From: Candidatus Bipolaricaulota bacterium
GTDB lineage: Bacteria; Bipolaricaulota; Bipolaricaulia; Bipolaricaulales; Bipolaricaulaceae
Direction: 5' to 3'
NCBI GenBank assembly: GCA_046483725.1
Contig: JAWOCQ010000056.1
Location: forward strand, 9,298 to 73,297
DNA: 64,000 nt
Under the pieces are notes generated by a model, which was given only the letters and a program-made list of their open reading frames with translations, made no database searches and was not told the origin of the DNA. Position numbers and translations under genes: made by a program. Shown here one piece after another: positions 60,736 through 64,000 of this stretch (positions within the stretch are counted from its first letter, which is position 1; each line of letters begins with the position of its first letter).

Positions 60736-61352
60736 GGCTCTCCCCCCTGGATTTCAACTCTCTTGGTGGTCCTGTCCTTCTGTCCCGCTGCATCGATCAC
60801 CGTCAGGGTCACGGAGTACGTCCGGCCGTTCCAGTAGACATGCTCCACTTCCGACCCTTCATCGCTTGAATTGCCGTCGCCAAACGCCCAGCGGTATTCC
60901 TCAATCTCCCCATTGGGGGTGGTGGAACCCTCGGCGTTGAACCTCACCCGCTCCCCCACGGCCGGCCTGTCTGGAACATAGGTGAACTCAGCAGTGGGAG
61001 CGGGGTAGTGCACCACCACCTTGGTACTACGCCGGTCGGACTTCCCCTGCTCGTTGAACACCTCGAGGATAACTTCGTAGGTCCCCCCGGTCTCGTAGGT
61101 ATGGGAGACCATTGCGCCTACCTCTTTCGTCCCGTCGCCGAAGTCCCATACGTACTCTGTCACGCTTCCGTTCGCGGCAAACGAGGGGGACCCATCAAAG
61201 CTCACCGTCAACGGGGCCTCACCCTCAGCTGGCCTTAGGGCGAACAACGCCTTGGGCGCTTGGACCTGAAGCCTATCGGTGCAACCGACAAGCGAGACCA
61301 GAATCGCCAGCGTTAGGGCACCCATTAATAACGCTCTTCCCCTCAGCATCAT
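60720..61352 (-). CDS. Lipoprotein with two PKD domains (paralog 1)
   Basis: Lipobox SLVGC; TEYVWDFGDGT...HTYETGGTYEVILEV; EEYRWAFGDGN...HVYWNGRTYSVTLTVID. Confidence 0.8.
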   Translation of the reverse strand: MMLRGRALLMGALTLAILVSLVGCTDRLQVQAPKALFALRPAEGEAPLTVSFDGSPSFAANGSVTEYVWDFGDGTKEVGAMVSHTYETGGTYEVILEVFNEQGKSDRRSTKVVVHYPAPTAEFTYVPDRPAVGERVRFNAEGSTTPNGEIEEYRWAFGDGNSSDEGSEVEHVYWNGRTYSVTLTVIDAAGQKDRTTKRVEIQGGEPCKAL

Positions 61353-61364
61353 TACCTCCTCACC

Positions 61365-62123
61365 TCACAGCTCAAAGGTCAAGGTCACCGACAGGCCGAC
61401 CCACACTCCACTGAAGTCCAGCTCATCGCCGGCCCCGTCTTGGGACAGGTCCAGCTCCTGCCCCTCAGAGTCATCAGAGTGAAGAACTCCGAACGGCGCG
61501 AAGCGCAGTCCCGCTTGCGTTCCCAAAGCCAGGCCCGGCCTCAGGGGAAGCGCCGCACGTATTCCGAGCTGGCCGACAAAACCTCCGCTGCGGTACCGGC
61601 TGTCATCGGCTGCCGGCGCAAATGGGATCGTCCACTCACCCGGCAGATTGTCCAGAGCATCAAAATCGCAGTAATGATCGACCCAGGCTACCCCCCACCC
61701 ACCAGCTAGGCTGACCTGGAGAAGCCCGTCCGCAAAGCCGAGCGATACTTGCGCCAGCCCGGCCAACATCCCCACGTCGAGCGAGAGTTCCACGTTGAAC
61801 TGCTCACCGCCTGCTTCCCATGTGCCCTTGGTGGCGACACCGGCTTTGAGCATCACCAGCTGAGCGCCCACGCCCAGCGGTCGCCCTATCGCTTGCGAGA
61901 TGGCGACACCCGGCCCGCCTTGTAGCTCTCCAATGGTGTCCACTTCTCCTTCCACCTCGGGCGACTCGTTCACAATACCAATGGTTACGTCAGCCTGTTG
62001 GATGTATCCGGCGAGATCCGGGAACGAGGAGAAATACCACTGGGCACCGGTACCAACACTGAGTGTCCCGGCCCACCCGGGCGCGGCTATTGCCGCGGCC
62101 ACCACCAAGATCGTCCATCTCAT
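61365..62123 (-). CDS. Hypothetical exported beta-barrel-like protein (putative outer-membrane protein)
   Basis: ATG at 62123 after GGGGGAGG; signal peptide ending APGWAG. Gly-rich amphipathic strands (VSLGFADGLLQVSLAGGWGVAW, FSGVWVGLSVTLTFEL). Confidence 0.5.
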   Translation of the reverse strand: MRWTILVVAAAIAAPGWAGTLSVGTGAQWYFSSFPDLAGYIQQADVTIGIVNESPEVEGEVDTIGELQGGPGVAISQAIGRPLGVGAQLVMLKAGVATKGTWEAGGEQFNVELSLDVGMLAGLAQVSLGFADGLLQVSLAGGWGVAWVDHYCDFDALDNLPGEWTIPFAPAADDSRYRSGGFVGQLGIRAALPLRPGLALGTQAGLRFAPFGVLHSDDSEGQELDLSQDGAGDELDFSGVWVGLSVTLTFEL

Positions 62124-62209
62124 GGTTCCTCGCCTCCCCCTTGTGACGCAGGCTACAGCCCCGCGTGGCCTGGGGCGAGGACAGGGCAAACCGTGCTAAG
62201 GCGGGATTG

Positions 62210-63256
62210 TCACGCAGAGGTGGCGCGCAGTTCCTCTGAGATGAGGTCAACTGTCCGCAGCACGTCGCTGCGGGAGACATCCAGGTGCGTAACGAAGCGA
62301 ATTCTCCGTTGATCCGCCCCTGCAGCTGCCGGGGAGGCCAGGATGCCCTGCTGGCCAAGGCGGTGGCAGAGCTCGGGGGCAGCGAGGGTGCCGGCCAGTT
62401 CCAGCACCACGATGTTTGTTTCCTGGGGCCATACGCTCGCGCCCGGCAGTTCTGTCAATCCAGACGCCAATAGACACGCATTCTCATGATCGTCAGACAG
62501 CCGTTGTACGTGGTGGTCCAGGGCGTAGAGCCCGGCGGCGGCCACTATCCCTGCCTGCCGCATTCCACCTCCCAGGGCCTTACGTACCCGGCGAGCCTCC
62601 CCAATGAACGAGGAGCTTCCGCAGAGAAGCGAACCAACCGGGCACCCTAGGCCCTTGGACAAACAAAACATCACCGAATCAACTCCGGCCACCAACTCTC
62701 GGGCCGGTGTGCCTGTGGCCACCTGGGCATTGATGATCCGTGCTCCGTCCAGGTGGACGGGGATCCCCCGTTCGCGCGCGAGCCCGACGATTTCGCGCAG
62801 ACTTTCCGCCGGCCACACACGCCCTCCGGCGGCGTTGTGTGTCGATTCCAGACAGATCAGACCGGTGGGCGCCAGGTAATACGCTTCGGGTCGAATGGCT
62901 TGCTCCACCTGGCCGGCGGTGAACACACCCCGATCCCCGGGGATCGCCCGCGGCATTGCTCCCCAGAAGCGCGCCATGGCCCCTACTTCTACGTTCAATA
63001 TGTGAGAAGTAGCCTCTACCACGATCTCCTGTCCCGGCTGGGTGTGACAGGCTATGGCCACCTGATTGCCCATGGTTCCGGAGGGCACAAACAGCGCCGC
63101 CTCCATCCCCGTAAGTGCCGCGGCACGCGCCTCAAGCTCCAATACGGTGGGGTCTTCGCCGTAGACATCGTCCCCTACCGCCGCTCCGGCCATTGCAGCC
63201 CGCATGGCCGTAGTGGGTCGGGTCACCGTGTCAGAACGCAGATCAATCAACGCCAT
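62210..63256 (-). CDS. ltaE: Low-specificity L-threonine aldolase
   Basis: ATG at 63256; IDLRSDTVTRPT, GDDVYGEDPT and the PLP-Lys region FCLSKGLGCPVGS. Confidence 0.9.
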   Translation of the reverse strand: MALIDLRSDTVTRPTTAMRAAMAGAAVGDDVYGEDPTVLELEARAAALTGMEAALFVPSGTMGNQVAIACHTQPGQEIVVEATSHILNVEVGAMARFWGAMPRAIPGDRGVFTAGQVEQAIRPEAYYLAPTGLICLESTHNAAGGRVWPAESLREIVGLARERGIPVHLDGARIINAQVATGTPARELVAGVDSVMFCLSKGLGCPVGSLLCGSSSFIGEARRVRKALGGGMRQAGIVAAAGLYALDHHVQRLSDDHENACLLASGLTELPGASVWPQETNIVVLELAGTLAAPELCHRLGQQGILASPAAAGADQRRIRFVTHLDVSRSDVLRTVDLISEELRATSA

Positions 63257-63891
63257 CCCCCCTCCCCAACCAAGGGCACAAAAGCACACGGACAGAGGTA
63301 CGACTTGCGCCACTCCCCGTCCGTCCGCTCCATAAGCCACAGGTCTTGGCTCCAACGGTCACCCGTCGGTATGACCAACCGCCCCCCGGGAGCCAGCTGC
63401 TCCTGCAGCGAGTGGGGCACCGAAGGAGCGGCCGCAGAAACGACAATGCCCTGAAACGGCGCCTGTTCATGCCAGCCCTTGATGCCGTCCCCAACGCGGA
63501 TGTGGACCTGGGTGTACCCCAGCTCCTTGAGCCGAGCTCGCGCTGTCTCCGCAAGCTCCTCATAGCGCTCCACAGTGAACACTTCCACGCCGAGTTCAGC
63601 CAGGAGCGCTGCCTGGTAGCCCGAGCCCGTTCCCACCTCCAGAGCGCGGTCCCCCGGTGAGAGGCGCAGGGCCTGCAGACTCAGCGCGACTATGTATGGT
63701 TGGGAAATCGTCTGGCCCTTGCCAATGGGGAGCGGACGGTCTGCATAGGCCCAACGGCTCATGTGCTCGGGGACAAAACAGTGTCGGGGAACCCGTTCGA
63801 CTGCCGCCAGGACCCGGCGGTCGTTTATCCCCTGCGCCGCCAAATCGGCCGCCAGGCGCGCTCCCGAATCGCGGTACCCAGCTTCGTTCAC
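63247..63891 (-). CDS. pcm: Protein-L-isoaspartate O-methyltransferase
   Basis: GTG at 63891 after GGAGGAGG. PRHCFVPE, GQTISQPYIVA, SAM motif LEVGTGSGYQAA and LAPGGRLVIP. Confidence 0.9.
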   Translation of the reverse strand: MNEAGYRDSGARLAADLAAQGINDRRVLAAVERVPRHCFVPEHMSRWAYADRPLPIGKGQTISQPYIVALSLQALRLSPGDRALEVGTGSGYQAALLAELGVEVFTVERYEELAETARARLKELGYTQVHIRVGDGIKGWHEQAPFQGIVVSAAAPSVPHSLQEQLAPGGRLVIPTGDRWSQDLWLMERTDGEWRKSYLCPCAFVPLVGEGGWR

Positions 63892-63898
63892 TGTAGGC

Positions 63899-64000
63899 CT
63901 ATTCCTCCTCCGGCTCGGGCGAGTGGTAGGCGGCCAAGGCCTGTTGTGCACTGGCGAGGTCCTCGGCCGGGACCATGACCTGCACCTCCGCGAGGCCATC
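63899..64000 (-). CDS. 3' end of an unidentified gene (only the last 33 codons are in the window)
   Basis: Open frame from the window edge to TAG at 63899-63901 (…EVQVMVPAEDLASAQQALAAYHSPEPEEE). Too short to assign. Confidence 0.3.
   Translation of the reverse strand, partial: DGLAEVQVMVPAEDLASAQQALAAYHSPEPEEE

Overview
This is a GC-rich bacterial chromosomal segment dominated by core genes. I saw no integrase, transposase, CRISPR array or recognisable defence module.

**Gene content, in order along the window:**
- A partial ABC exporter.
- A small accessory patch: TetR/Acs remnants, an AhpD-like protein, cspA, two flavodoxin-like proteins, and PLDc_N/DUF4234/DUF3795 small proteins.
- A DAK2-DegV fusion, a transglutaminase-like protein, a lipid kinase and a frameshifted secreted beta-helix protein.
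- tRNA-Asn.
- A long minus-strand array: CDF transporter, cdsA, uppS, folC, valS, ndk, dprA, comEC.
- tmRNA.
- A racemase-family enzyme, TauE, a GT4 glycosyltransferase, and a group-3 sigma factor with a translationally coupled small protein.
- uvrB, uvrA and DinB.
- A two-subunit 2-oxoacid:ferredoxin oxidoreductase next to a four-subunit pyruvate:ferredoxin oxidoreductase, then a Crp/Fnr regulator.
- A 16S rRNA gene.
- ddl, an aminotransferase, tlyA, coaE, murE and hutU.
- An alkyltransferase-like/endonuclease V fusion.
- An operon of one beta-barrel-like protein plus three paralogous 2xPKD lipoproteins.
- ltaE and pcm.

**Most notable observations:**
- The 16S gene is a complete stand-alone transcription unit. 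It has its own promoter, a boxB/boxA-like leader, a leader-trailer processing stem and an intrinsic terminator, with no 23S, 5S or spacer tRNA.
- The beta-barrel plus triple PKD-lipoprotein operon has unknown function.
- The MGMT-like domain fused to endonuclease V has Val in place of the acceptor Cys.
- Several deletion or frameshift scars suggest gene decay or assembly errors.
- The tmRNA tag frame does not end in the usual Ala-Ala.
- A 54-nt tract with strict 9-nt periodicity lies upstream of ndk.

**Limits:** All calls come from reading the translations and sequence by eye. No database search, covariance model or folding calculation was run, so family names are motif-level assignments and boundaries of RNA and regulatory elements are approximate.
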